A DNA stretch of 63,323 nt, the filler included, from Sphacelaria rigidula (taxonomy: Eukaryota): assembly GCA_964200075.2 (NCBI GenBank). It is 5 parts of 5 records of this genome, joined end to end, with 100 filler letters (N's around TTAATTAATTAA, not from the genome) between each part and the next. Parts side by side here need not be neighbours in the genome. Positions count along the whole stretch, not along the records: positions 12,688 to 25,272 come from CAXNAA020003600.1; 4 more parts are not named here. One strand, given 5' to 3'. A program made the position numbers and the translations under genes. Numbering within the stretch: position 1 is the first letter of the stretch; each line of letters begins with the position of its first letter. A model generated the notes under the pieces. It did no database searches and was not told where the DNA came from. It was given only the letters and a program-made list of their open reading frames with translations. Of this stretch, positions 12,688 to 25,372 are shown piece after piece.

Positions 12688-13620
12688 CCTGGGTGGGGGG
12701 GCACTCCCACCTTGGTGCCTATCCATACATTCGCCGGACATGCCTACCCCCGGGTGGGCATGTCTGACGGGTGGAGCGACTTGAAGCGCCGCACGAAACT
12801 AGAAATAGCGAAGTGCACGGTTTAAGGTTCCTTCCTGTCCTCTGGGGACCAAAAGAAAAAATCATCTGCCTCGTAATATAGAGGCGTGTTAGTTTTAGTA
12901 CGGAAAGGGGGACATGATGCCTCGCTTAATCCTGTTGTCATTATCCTGATATTGGGCCTCCCCACCGTGGGTCTGAGAACGAGGGGGATCTATACAACCC
13001 ACGAAACCGGCGTGCAGTACTTGTAAACCGACCTCGGTTGCAGTAGGAGCAGGCTCACGGTAGGAAGTACTCTGACAGCCCGGGCCGAAAGGTGAACTTT
13101 TTTCCACGCATGTTGTAGTTGTAATTTTATCTTGAACTTCATTGTTGATGTGGTTATTCAAAAGAGAATGCTGCTCTTCCGGCAGTCGTTCGGTGTACTG
13201 TGTTGTACATGCCACGTGCGTGGAATGACCTCTCTCTGTGTCTGTGTGCTCGCAAACCTTCCAAGCACGCTCTCCGAGCTACGCAAGGAGCACCGCTCGT
13301 TGGGGCAAAGTCAAAACCTCACCTGGTAGAATTCAGGAGTTCTGTTCGTCAGTCTTCACGTTGCCAGATGGAGTTCAGCACTTTGTTACGATCACAGAGC
13401 TGGAATGCTGAGTTGGAAACGTCGTCTAGAATGTAATACCGTATGTAGAAATCAGCGTCAGAGCGTCTCTCTCTCCTCCGTCCTATTTCACACTTGCACT
13501 TTCCTCCTACTAATTTCGAACACTCCGTCTCGCTGTATCCCCACTCAGACAAAGGTGAACTGCGAAGTGCGAACCCCAGCAAAACGACAGCCAGTAGATT
13601 CATTCTGTCACCAAATCATC

Positions 13621-16600
13621 ATGCAAGGAGTAACGCGCCGAGCACTTGGGGGAGCCTCGCTTGTGAGGAGAGCGGGTGGGGCGACCGTGCCTGTAGCTTC
13701 CGCAGGGCGACGAAGCTACCATGACAACATCGTGGAGCATTATGAAAACCCCCGCAACGTTGGCTCTATGGACAAAAGCGACAAGTTCGTGGGCACGGTA
13801 AGTAGAGAGGGATTGATTCATTTTTGATGATCTATGAGATGCGCTGGGACAGTAGATGTGGGTCCGTTCGATCCTAAATTTTTCAAGTACTCGTGGAGAC
13901 GGTGGTTTACACGGCTTCATTGTTTCGCGTTTGCCTGGTGTATGATTTGTGTTCCACAATGAAGACACCAAACAGCAGCCTAAACTACTCTAAAATGTTC
14001 ATGAAGGCGGGGCATTTCCTCTCATGAGTTTCTTGTAGTGAGGGGGAAAAGAGGGTAGTGTGAGGTCACCAAAATGGCCATACTACCGTCGTCACGATCA
14101 GCAGTTCGCCGTTCAATTGCCGGCAGTACCGTTACATAGCAATACTTTCGTCTGCTGGAGAGAGGGGCCGCGGTTCAAGGGAAGTATGTTGAAGAATTGC
14201 CGCTCCAACAGAGGTCAAAATGGCTTGGCACCCCCCTCTCAACAATAAAACCGAACCTCGTTTATTTTAGACCGCACCTACCCGTCATTCCCCTGCTCTT
14301 ACAGCCCGCCGTTGACAACCAGTGCAGCAGTCTGTCGTCATACTGTACATCAGTACAGTAGTTGATGGATAGCTCACAGCTTCACAGGCTGCAGCACGAT
14401 TCCTTGCGTAGCCGAACGGTGCGTAGCCGAGGTGTCTCACTATCTTTGTAAGGCCAAGCTGGCCTGGATGAAAGAGTTTGGGTCAAGGAAAAAGAAACAA
14501 ACTTGCGTGGCAGACTTTGTGTAAAGTTGCATGTGCTACCGACGGGCACATCCTTGATGTCCGTCGCCGGGTACCGTAGGAAAGATGTAGGCTCTTGATC
14601 GTCACGGATAAGATTTGTTCGCACCCTTCTTGGCTTCAGTCGGTTTCTGTACTGGTTGCTGTAGCACTTTCTGCGGTTTTCGATTTTTCGGTCCTTGCGT
14701 TTTTTTTTTTTGTCGGACGAGGACGAGTATGGCTCGTGGTACTCGCACTCGTTCGGCTGCTCGTGAGCCGTTGTTGGAGGTCCTCGAGGACTCGAATCAT
14801 TGCTCGTGGTGGAAAAAAATAGTAGGGCGAGAAAGTGATGCCACGTTAGGGGTGCATTTTTCAGCCCAAACGCTTCTGAGGCTGTATACTGAGGCCCAGA
14901 TACTTGTCACCAGGCGGCTCCTACAACGAAGTCCCACAAGAAAAATAGGCACCCTTAACGTGGCATTGCTCCAGTACTAGAGCCATCGCTCGTGGAGGGA
15001 TTGTGAATAACTCGAGCACGCGAGTCATGCTCGTGGTGAAAAAAATAAAGAACTCCAGCACACGAGTCATGCTCGTGGTGTTTGAAGAAAACATCAACGA
15101 GTGCACTCGTTCCGACGTGTAATGACTCGTCCGACGTGTGCTTTTTTGCTTCCGAGATGTAACGTGTGTGATGCCGGTACAGTAGACGCCATACAGAAGT
15201 GCACAGCAGTCAGCTGTACAGCAGTACTTCTGTACTCGTTCTCGTGTTCTCTTGACAGCTCTTTTTAGATATTAAAGCAGCTTCTGTACCACGAAATAAG
15301 GCTGCGGTGTTTTTCCTCATCACAACAAGGAGGAATCGTGCTGGGTGTGGGTCCTGTATCGCTCCATAAAGAATTGAATACGTCAACAGTTCAATGAGGG
15401 CCACGGCACAAGCGTACCTTCCGGATCTCTTGATTTCACCCACAGTTCATTCTAAAACCCATATATGGCAATCGGTTTACCAGAAAATCTCTTGAAAAAA
15501 CGATACAAAAAGTCATATTTAAGAAAGGTGAAGAACATCTTGGCGCACCTCTCTTTTGGACAGTGGCCCCCACTCTACGCGATTGGCATGCCTGCCGGTC
15601 CGATGGTGGTGGCGATACTGTACTGTGCTCTCGTGAAGGTCTGGAATCAGCCTCACCTCAAGGAGGCAGTGGAACTCCTGTTCCGTCCTCTGCTGTACGG
15701 TGTTCATGGCGGTCTCTTGTATGGTGCGAGGGTGCTTTTGCAAATAAGGGGGGGGGGGGGGGGGGGGCGTTTTTGACAAACTATCGTCAGTTTTTTTTTC
15801 AAACCAATGTGTGTGTGTTTCCCGGGGATCTCTGACGCCCAAAATTAATGACGCCTGTCGAAAACCCGCCTAACGATGACAGGTTTTCACTGTAAGTCTC
15901 GCCTCCTATTATTATATTTTTTTCATGCTGAGCACTACACCCATGTTGCCGTGCCACCCACATCAAAGCATCACACCTACGGTGAGCTTCGTGCTCAGAC
16001 CCATTATTCTTGTGCAGCAGCTGACTTTGTAGTGCGGTGTGTTTGTGTTGCGTTTGAACCCTGCAAAGGCGGTTTGATCTGCTCTGGGGATTGCCTGAGA
16101 TCATATTTTATGGCAACCAATCTCGATTTGTTCACATACGAGGATTCCGGTCCATCTACAGGCGATTTTCTCCCATGGATTGATTTTTCGGACTCCAGTG
16201 CGTGGGTCGATATTTTTCCGGTTAGCTGTGAGAAAACCAGATGAACTCTCCGATTCTGATGACGTTGACTTTTGATACATGGTCTTTCTGCTCAAATCAC
16301 TCCCGCATTCCCCCCGATTTTTTGAATCGGGGGGAATGCGGGGGTGCCCCGATTTGAGCAGAAATGTGATGAGCCGAAAGTGAACATCCAGAGAATCGGA
16401 GAAGTGATCAGGTTTTCTGAAAGCTAACCGAGAGATATTGCCCAACGGACTGGAGTCCGAAAAATCAATCCACGGGATTAAATCGCATGCAGACGGGGAC
16501 TGAAATGCTCAAATTTGTACAAATCGAGATTCGTTGCCATGAAAGGTGGTCTTGGCTGCTGTGCCGTATTTGTGTCCCGGTCGGTGCAAAAATGAAAATT

Positions 16601-18577
16601 TGTAGTCGGCACGAAGTGCTGTGTACACGCCGTTGAGAACACCATGGTGTGTTGACAGGTCGCTGCAGTCAGTAGCAAACTATAATGGTCCAACCGGTTG
16701 ACCCATAGGCGGCGAGAGCAGGTCAACTGATGAATCGGCGTTAATTTCACTTGAAGAAAGTATGCGTGATGCGGATAAACTACCCTCGCTGAGGTTTCAC
16801 CAGCATGCACCGAATAGATGGAAGGAAGTGAGCCACATGTCGCACTGGACCCCGTGTGATTTTTGCTTCACCTACGGCGATATATATCATTCGTGATAAT
16901 CGGTGCAGTTTCCCACTGATTGTGTGACGAACCAAGAGGCATGCGTTGACTATGTCGCAACTTTGTTAATACGATTTCGTGAGCCCTCATCTCCAGTAAA
17001 CGTACACAACGCGGCTGCAGGACGGCTCAGTACAATCAGCAAGAACTTGGGACTTGATGATCGTAGCTTCTTGTAGATCGTATGTCCATGGACAGACACA
17101 TGATACCGAGGTTGGGGTGACATGGTGGTGCCCGATGTACACAGCACATGCCCGCGCTACGATACGGCCACACGTCGTTTCCAACCCTTCGCTGAAGTGT
17201 ACCGTACTGTCGCGCCCTGTTGACGCTATCAACTGAAGACCCAGCTTGGCCTAGATTAACAGTGTGGCGGACGTACGGTCAGATTTCATGCCCATCATTA
17301 TGGACAGTGCTTTTCTGGACATCTCGGAAATCTTCGGACGTTTCGGACCAGGCGCGTGTGACTTCTCCGAAAATGAAGCGGCTTGAGTTTTTACCCGAAG
17401 CTTCATTTCTGGAGAAGTCCAAGAAATATATCAACGCAGTAATTCGGAGAGTTGCCTTGAGTGTACGCCGAGAGTCATGAAGTACCCTGCCAGTCCCGAT
17501 TTTTTCATAAATTTCAAAATCAGTGTCAATAATAATGGGCCTTACACTCCTCAATGATTTTTTTTTTCATCTGTGTTATTTGTCTCTGCCCCACTTACTC
17601 TCCTCTCCCCTCTTCCCCGCTTCCATACACAGGGTCTGGTTGGCGCACCGGCATGTGGCGATGTCATGAAATTGCAAATAAAGGTGAGCACGTTTGTTTG
17701 GGGTCGCGTCTCCCGTAAACCGGGCTCAGGCACGTTTCGCATGTGCAGTACACAGAAGAGTACGATGTTTCGGTCGTTGGCTTCCACGCATCGTGTTGGC
17801 TTTCAAGTCACGCTTCAACGCGGAGGAGTATCACTGGACATTCAATTGCACCAGATGTCAGTGCTCGGGTGGTTCGTATTTCCAAGTGACATGAACCTGT
17901 GTAACCCGTGATGTCACCCTTGTCTCGAGTTCGTGGTTTGCCTCGGCTTGTCTGGAACGAAAAACTGAACCCGAGCAAGCGCTGAACTATTTTGTACTTG
18001 TTTTGCACCGCGAAAACGAACGGGAACACACAACAAAATCAGGTGGATGAGAACGGCAAAATCACAGAGTCGAAGTTCAAAACCTTCGGTTGCGGGTCAG
18101 CCATTGCGTCAAGCAGCGTCGCGACGGAATGGCTAAAAGGCCGTACAGTGGACGAGAGCCTCAAGATCAAGAACACCGACATCGCGGGCCACCTCAAGCT
18201 TCCCCCCGTGAAGCTGCACTGCAGGCAAGTCAGTCGCTACTTAAAGTCCCAGAGGGGTGGTGGAGCGACTCATGGATGAGGGGTGGGGATTCCGCATTAT
18301 TGTCGGGGTGTCGAGAAGACGTTGGGAAGGACACGAGAGTACCCCAATGCGGAACTGCCCTTATCGGTATCCACATCACATCGGAGTTGCTGTTTGACTG
18401 TTTGAAATAGTTTGACTTTTACTGACTTATTTTGGCTTGTATTTTCCGAACGGTCTTTTGCTTGTTGGTGCGTTTTTGTTTGGTCTCGACAGCATGCTGG
18501 CGGAAGACGCCATCAAGGCGGCCATCAAAGACCTCCGAGACAAGGGAGCTCTCAAGGATGCTGAGGCAACAGCGTGA
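13621..18577 (+). CDS. ISCU: Mitochondrial Fe-S cluster scaffold IscU/ISU1, complete, 164 aa; exons 13621-13797, 17633-17683, 18043-18224, 18493-18577
   Basis: Arg-rich presequence, then YHDNIVEHYENPRNVGS..VGT|GLVGAPACGDVMKLQIK|VDENG..FKTFGCGSAIASSS..LPPVKLHCS|MLAEDAIKAAIKD. All three Cys and the LPPVK motif are present and exon phases are consistent. Intron 3 has a GC donor. Confidence 0.97.
16106..16544. repeat. ~440-bp imperfect foldback (MITE or hairpin locus) in ISCU intron 1
   Basis: The two halves are reverse complements along their whole length, with a central stem CCCGCATTCCCCCGATT/AATCGGGGGGAATGCGGG. Confidence 0.85.
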
Positions 18578-19118
18578 TGTCTCGTTCATTTCTGTGAGCG
18601 ATGACACGCAAAAAGGGAGCGAGGCAGAGGGACAGGGAGACAAATGTAAAGCGGAATCCGGCACAGGGAGTCGCTGAGCTGACAACAACAGCATGGTATC
18701 ACCTTCTCTCTTTTGCTCTCTGGCTTGTTTCAAATGTCAACTGTGGCTTGCGCCACACGACGGCCAGTGCAAGGTTGCGCAGAGGAAATTGGAGAGTGGC
18801 GACGATGTGTGAGGCAGGCACGAATCGTGAGTGGTTCACAGGCAAGACGCACAAGGCGAGGGCCCCCTCACGATCGCGCATGCCGTAGTCAATCATTGGC
18901 TAGGCGTTCCCACGATGCTGGGACGGAGATATCCTGGGGGAGGGAGGAATGGAACGGGTGTGATGTGCATCGCGCAGGCTTTTCTCGAAAGCGTGGATGG
19001 CGGAGCTCCCCAGTAGTCACGTTTTTTTATCTTGTAAGGGGTAGTGGAGAGCTATACGTTGGCTTGTCTACCTACTGAAATACTGTCGAACTATCAAACC
19101 ATATCGTGTTTCGTGTAG

Positions 19119-19158
19119 ATTCGGTTCGGTTCGGTTTTGTTCGGGTCGGTTCGGTCCG
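19119..19158. repeat. (TTCGG)n microsatellite
   Basis: Direct pentamer repeat. Confidence 0.85.
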
Positions 19159-20789
19159 AAATGATGGCCTGCATGACGATGGTAAAAACGTCGATATACC
19201 TCCGTTGCTTTAGCATCGATTGGTCACCGTAAGCTTGAAAAAGGACCATGGATTATAGAGTGTGATGTCACTGTTCTCATTATACAACAAGTTTCGTCGT
19301 GCTTGTACTTGGGCTCTTTCATGGGGGAAAGATATTCTGGATTAAGAGATGGAGTTGGAGCATGGTAATGATCATGGTCGCACTCTTCCGTGTAGGGGCG
19401 TGCCCTGAGGCTATGCTCAAACAGTGTGGAGTGGGGACAACACACGACTTGTTCGCATCCCATGTTTTCATTAGATTTTTCAGTTCGTGTTCTGCTGGCT
19501 CATACGCCCGGACGTTTTCGTTTTGGCGATCGTACGTACGCAAGTGGCTCTTTTGCGTCCAAGTGTTTGAATCATTCAAATGTACAGTTGTATGTCGTAT
19601 AGACGTGAAAACATATGTTCCCTTGGTTCTACCCGGCGCGAGTTTGAAGGTTTGCAAAACATACAACCGCTTTTGGTTTTCAGGTCGTTCATCTTTTTAT
19701 CTCAGCAGTAGATTCACGACTCACCGATGTTTGAACGGCGACGCGCTCGTTCAACAATGAATAACGACTTATGACAAACGTGCGGAGATTCGTCACGAGC
19801 TTCGCATATGTCAACACGTCAAATATACAACGTTGGGTTTTTTGTCACGTCGGGTAGTGGAACTTGCATCTTGATCTCATCGCATCTCTCGTCATATTGC
19901 CCACCTCGTCCACTTGGTCTAGACGGGGCCGCAAAATCACGAGATTAACCTTTTTTACTCTCCGGTACCTTCCTGACATTTTGGTATTTCCTGTTGAGCT
20001 ATAATAGCACTCCTGCACCCCAGCATCGACCGTCAACTTTCCGCCCATGACGTCCGTCTACTCTCGAAGACGGAAACGAGGTGATACTTGACAGGACGGC
20101 AGGTCTATCGGGACTCGAACCTCACCCCCACCTGCAGCAGTCTCAGCTGGCCATTGATATATGAATCAGGCAACTTGGGTGCGGAAGTTCTGCTTCTGAA
20201 GCCTCGAACGGCAATTTAACTCAGCGGGGCACGAGCTTTTCTTGAACGACTGAAAACTGCAGTGGTTCGAGAGAGAGTCGGCAATGTCTCTCGGTTTTAG
20301 CACCTCCGCCCTCCCTCCAATTCCAACCTCGGAGGATTGACTGTCTTGCATTTGATTTAGTGTGAGCTCGTAATAAGGAGATATTGATATGTTTTCCATC
20401 AATGCGTGGATGGATGGAGCATTGCATATTTTCGTGCGGGAGTTTCGTACTGGCCGTGAGATCGCTCACCCGGTAACCAAGATGAAAATTTATCCGGAAT
20501 TTGATTTGGTTGCCGCGTAATAGTCGTGAAGACGACGACTCCGAACCCAGTAGTGCTTCATTGCTTTACCCGTTTCAATCCGTATTCATGAAAAAAATGG
20601 GCCCGTCGCAAAAAGCAGGAGACGAGAAGACGGCAGCCGTGCACAAGGAGGGGGAGGATGGGGGGTGTACTCATGATCATGCATGCCAGTCATGAAACCA
20701 TTGACCTAAGATCAGGAGCTGTATGGCCGTGTTTTTTCGTGACGCTTTTTGGCTGGTGTTGGGGGGGGGGGCTACCGTAGAAAGTGTCA

Positions 20790-21039
20790 CCGGTTCGATT
20801 GACCGAAAATACCGAAGAGGAAGAATCTGGGCTGAAACGTCGCAGGACCCCCGATGACCGGTCAGCCCGTGAGTCACTCAATAGTGAGTACATATGATTT
20901 TTTTCTCTTGGAATATGGAGCAGAAACAAATATCTTCAGATCCCCAATGTGGTGATCGGGGCAGGCGAAAAGAGCCTAAAACAATCCCCAATCACGAAGA
21001 AATCACCAAATGCCTCAATAGTTAGACCGTCTACTACTG
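20790..21039 (-). mobile_element. Truncated copy of the ~550-bp Tc1/mariner-type MITE
   Basis: Ends AATAGTTAGACCGTCTACTACTG|TA. The body is the reverse complement of the 5' half of 59695-60243. Confidence 0.75.
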
Positions 21040-22354
21040 TACGTTATCAGAGGTGTCTCTGGTCTTATTCCAAAGTAAGCCTGACTCGCATGCAGCCGAT
21101 GTGCTTGAGCACCTGCGTGACAACCCGCAGCCTCTTCGCTGCTGAGCATGATGTGCGTACCGCGAATTCGGTGCGAATCGTTGGTACTCAAGTTTGCATG
21201 AGCCCTACCGATGGTGCTCAGGTGCCCACAGACTGGCACCCCTTTTAACCTCTGGGTCTTCACCATCGATTCGCGACACAAGTATAGCAATGTAAACGCT
21301 TTGTCTTGTGCCTCGTTCGAATCACGTGTTTCATGCTAGTAATAAAAACTATCTGTACTGCAGTATGGTTGCGCCCTTGCATTCCTTGACAAAAACTACG
21401 CTTTCCGCGCCTCGTACACAGTTCATGATAACCGGAGCATGTCGGTGCCGTTTATATCAGGCATAATATCCATTTTTGAACTGGTACGGTATACTATTTG
21501 GTACAGCACGCAGCATGCGGCAATACTAGATCGAAAAAATGGGTTCACCATACCTCCAAGTACAACAACGATGGACTCGCTATCATCTCTTCTGCGTGTT
21601 TTCGAATGAAACGTGATGAAACATGAGGAGCACTACCGTGACGGGCTGCCAGAGGAAAAAAAGAGGGGAGTATAATGCTGTAGTGCACAAGCGCGCTGGC
21701 ACGACGTAAGCAACACGGAAAATCGCGCACGCGCTAGCGCGCGTGCCGCTCGAAAAGAACGCGCTCCGCGCGCTTAATTTAATTCGGTGCATTTCTTAAT
21801 TTAATGCAGAGGTTAACCGATGGGTGTAGAGCCGGTACTGCGTACCAACCGCAGCGTGACGCCTTCGGCGGTACTCCCTGCTCACAGCGGCAAGGTGCAC
21901 GGTTAAAAAGCACATCGCAGGACGTGACATCCTTAGCTCATCCCTGTCCTGCATTGGTTTCGCGTTCTCCTCTGCAGTTTGCCACATCATGAATGCAGCC
22001 GCTTGTATCGCGGCCAACTTGTACGCGGGATAACACGCCTCGCTACGCGCTATATCGCTACGTCACATTGTGTCGAGCTGTCCATGTTGCAGCTACAGCG
22101 TGCGTTTTCCCCAGGTGGCGCACGCAGGAGTGAAAGGCCGCCTCCGCCGCTATAATGGCTGCCGGTATCTTGGGCAAAGCTGTATGGTAACACAGCCGCG
22201 GCTGGTGCGCCCACATATACCTAAAGGTGGAGACCGGCGTCGAGAATAGATGGGACGACAACACACACAACACACTGACTTTGTGCAGTACACTTTCAAC
22301 ATCGTGTTCGTACTGACTGTCGAAATCGTCTGTCCACGGTTGGGTACATTTCTA

Positions 22355-23776
22355 TATATAATGCAGGGTCTAGTACATCTCCACTTATAATGTAACGGAG
22401 GTTCTGGTACGTTTCCACATGTAAATGTATGTAATGTTACTCAGTGAGATCGTGAAAAAATCCGCAATATCCGGGCGAACTGCAGGTAAGGCAATCGCCG
22501 AAATACCCACCTGCAAACTCTGCTCCAGTGCACTGTAAGTTGATATCGCTGGAAGGACACTATCATAACCACCTTGCCGGCTGCCCGACTGTCAGGACGC
22601 AGGATCCACTAGCATTGCTACTGTCTGTATGGGGATATTGCCCCCTTGTAGGGTACGTTTTGGAGCGTGATACTAGATGTAGATCATCCTTGTACATGGA
22701 CACCAAGCGCTGGGGTTCTCACTCGAGACTTCGATTCGGAGGATGATACTAGGTAGGCAGCAGCAACTGCTGTGTGTTCAGGTATCCCTTGGAGCAAGAT
22801 GCGTTTGGTTTCTGTTTGACAGAGTTTCCCCCCGAAAACCGAAATCAAAAGGGGTTTTAGAGTGGAAAAATGTAGCAATAAACGAGTCGCAAGAATCGAG
22901 TCGCAGGAATAAAGTCGCAACAACGGAGTCGCAAAAAACCAGTTAGTTGAATTTTTACCCGCACCAGAAACTAAATTCACTTTGTGAAATTGGAATAAAT
23001 TGCGTCCGTGTTATCATCATCGCCCTACACTCACAAGGGCCCCTAGCGAGCCGGCGCTGATACGCCAGCCGTTTCCCGGCAAATTCCCGCTAGGTCGTCC
23101 CGCACTAGTCCCAGTCACTACCATGCCTGTTTTTAAGTACACATTTTCACATATAATGCAGGGTCTGGTACATTTCCAAATGTATGTAATGTTACTTTGT
23201 GAGATCGTGAAAACATCCGCAACATCTACGAGAGCTGCAGGTGAGGCAATCGCCGAAATATTCATCTGCAAACTCTGCTCCAGTGCACTGTAAGTTGATA
23301 TCGCTAGAAGGACACTGCCATAACCACGGTGCCGGCTGCCAGACTGTCAGGACGTAGGATCCGCTAGCATTGCTACTGTCTGTACGGGGATGTTGTCCCC
23401 TTGTCGGGTACGTGGGGAAGGTTCCGTGGCAGAACGTAGTGGTCGCGTCAAGCAGCTGCACGCTGGGCGTTTTCACTCGAGACTTCGATTTGGTGGATGG
23501 TACTAGGTAGGCAGCAGCAACTGCCGTGTGTCCAGGTGTCCCTTGGGGCAAGATGCGTTTGGTTTCTGTTTGACAAAATTTCTCCCCAATCGACCGAAAT
23601 CAAAAGGGATTTTAGAGTAAAAAAATGTAGCAAAAAACGAGTCGCAAAATCGAGTTGCAAAAATGAAGTGGCGAATATTCAATCGCAAAAACCGAGTTGC
23701 AAAAATCGAGTCGTAGAAATTGAGTCGCAAAAAACGGTTAGTCGAATTTTTTACCCCGAGCAGAAACCAAATTCAC
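22355..23776. repeat. Diverged direct duplication of a ~630-bp unit (22355-22980 and 23150-23776)
   Basis: Shared blocks include ATATAATGCAGGGTCT, CTGCAAACTCTGCTCCAGTGCACTGTAAGTTGATATCGCT, CAAGATGCGTTTGGTTTCTGTTTGACA and CAGAAAC.AAATTCAC. Confidence 0.9.
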
Positions 23777-24731
23777 CAAATGAAATTCAAAAAGGAAATC
23801 GTTCAAGTAAAACAAATGTTAACTTCCTTCATAACCATGCTCCGCTAGGAGATTGGATTTTTATCAGCGAGAATAGCAAAAAGTGTACACCTTGATTGAG
23901 TGACTCACAGTATGGTCTTGTCTCACAATACGAACTCCCGCCACCCGATACATGTCTGTGTATGCGAGATGATTTCACACGTACGTCGGACGGATCGAAT
24001 CGTGACAGATCCGGGTCGGCTCATGTGGGGCATGGATTGTGATCTGTCCGAGGCGTGCCGTCACCCGTGCACGTTTGTCCGATGGAGATCTGCAGGACCC
24101 GCTTGACCCGTAGATAATTTGCCGAGTGACGAGCTATATGACCCGCTTCATACACATTTCATCATAAAGATCTGACCCACAGAACAGTGTAATCTGTACA
24201 TCACATTGTTGTCATCTATATACCTTGGCTCATTCAAACGCAGCAGCTTGTCGTGGACCCGTGTGATTTGAATCTCACGTATACCAAAGCTACCCCTTAT
24301 CTGCGGAATCCGAATCCAGTACACCAGAAACGGTGAACACTATTCAGAACAGGCAGCGACATTTCTCAAGAAACTCTAATTTGGGGCGAGGATCGTTCCT
24401 TATTTTATGCCCGAACCAAGCGTATTTCTCAAAGCCAATCTCATACTTTCCGCACACGTGCAATGATGGATTTAATTAAGGTCAATTCCATATTTTTCCC
24501 AGACTCGTAGAAAATGATGGAATTCTGGAAAGCAGTAAAAAATGTCGTTTTTTGCCCACGGATGCGGCACTACAGCATAGCAACACATTTCATTTTTGCT
24601 GCAGTGTTGCTTGGATAGATTATCCGCAGGAGGCCTCCAGTAGAGAAAAATGTTGAGGAGTACAGTAAAGGTGTACTGTATTGCTGTGCAGTATATGTTG
24701 ATAGAGACTATCATGCCGGGTAATCGCAATA

Positions 24732-25140
24732 CAGTAGTGGGCAGTTTAACTATTCAGTTTGTGGCATTTTGTGATTTTTTCGTAATTGGCGATTTTCTTG
24801 GGCTCTTTCCGCTTGCCACCGCTCATCACATTGAGGATCTGAAGATATTTGTATCCCCTCCACATTCTAAGAACAAAAAAAGATATCTGTACTCAATATT
24901 GAGAGGGTTACGGGCTGACAGGTCATCGGGGTTCCTACCACGTTTCGGCCCGGATTCTTACTCTTCGGTATTTTCGGTCGATCGAGTCTTCTATCCCGAT
25001 CATATTTGTGAAGACATGTCAAGTTAGAGCCTACATGTTTTTGAAATTTTACCTACTCATTGCACTAGAGCCGAAAAAGCGTGTTTCACGGTTAATGACA
25101 TCCTCCTGGTAAACGGGGTATTTCTCGTATCGCCCGATAG
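24732..25140 (+). mobile_element. 3'-truncated copy of the Tc1/mariner-type MITE
   Basis: Starts TA|CAGTAGTGGGCAGTTTAACTATT; body matches the other copies. Confidence 0.8.
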
Positions 25141-25272
25141 AGTGATGCTACGGTAGGGGTACACAAATATTTTCTGAGGTTAGAATTGTTAGGAGCCCTT
25201 TAAACAGCCAATCATCTATGTTGAGGATGGTGCTTTTGATTGAGGATGAGAACCCGGAGGATTAAAATCTTC

Positions 25273-25372
25273 NNNNNNNNNNNNNNNNNNNNNNNNNNNN
25301 NNNNNNNNNNNNNNNNTTAATTAATTAANNNNNNNNNNNNNNNNNNNNNNNNNNNNNNNNNNNNNNNNNNNN
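25273..25372. other. Artificial contig linker
   Basis: N44-TTAATTAATTAA-N44. Confidence 0.97.

Noticed and set aside
927-18577. Iron-related cluster (cytochrome b561 ferric reductase next to ISCU)
   Set aside because: The genes are on different contigs joined only by length sorting.
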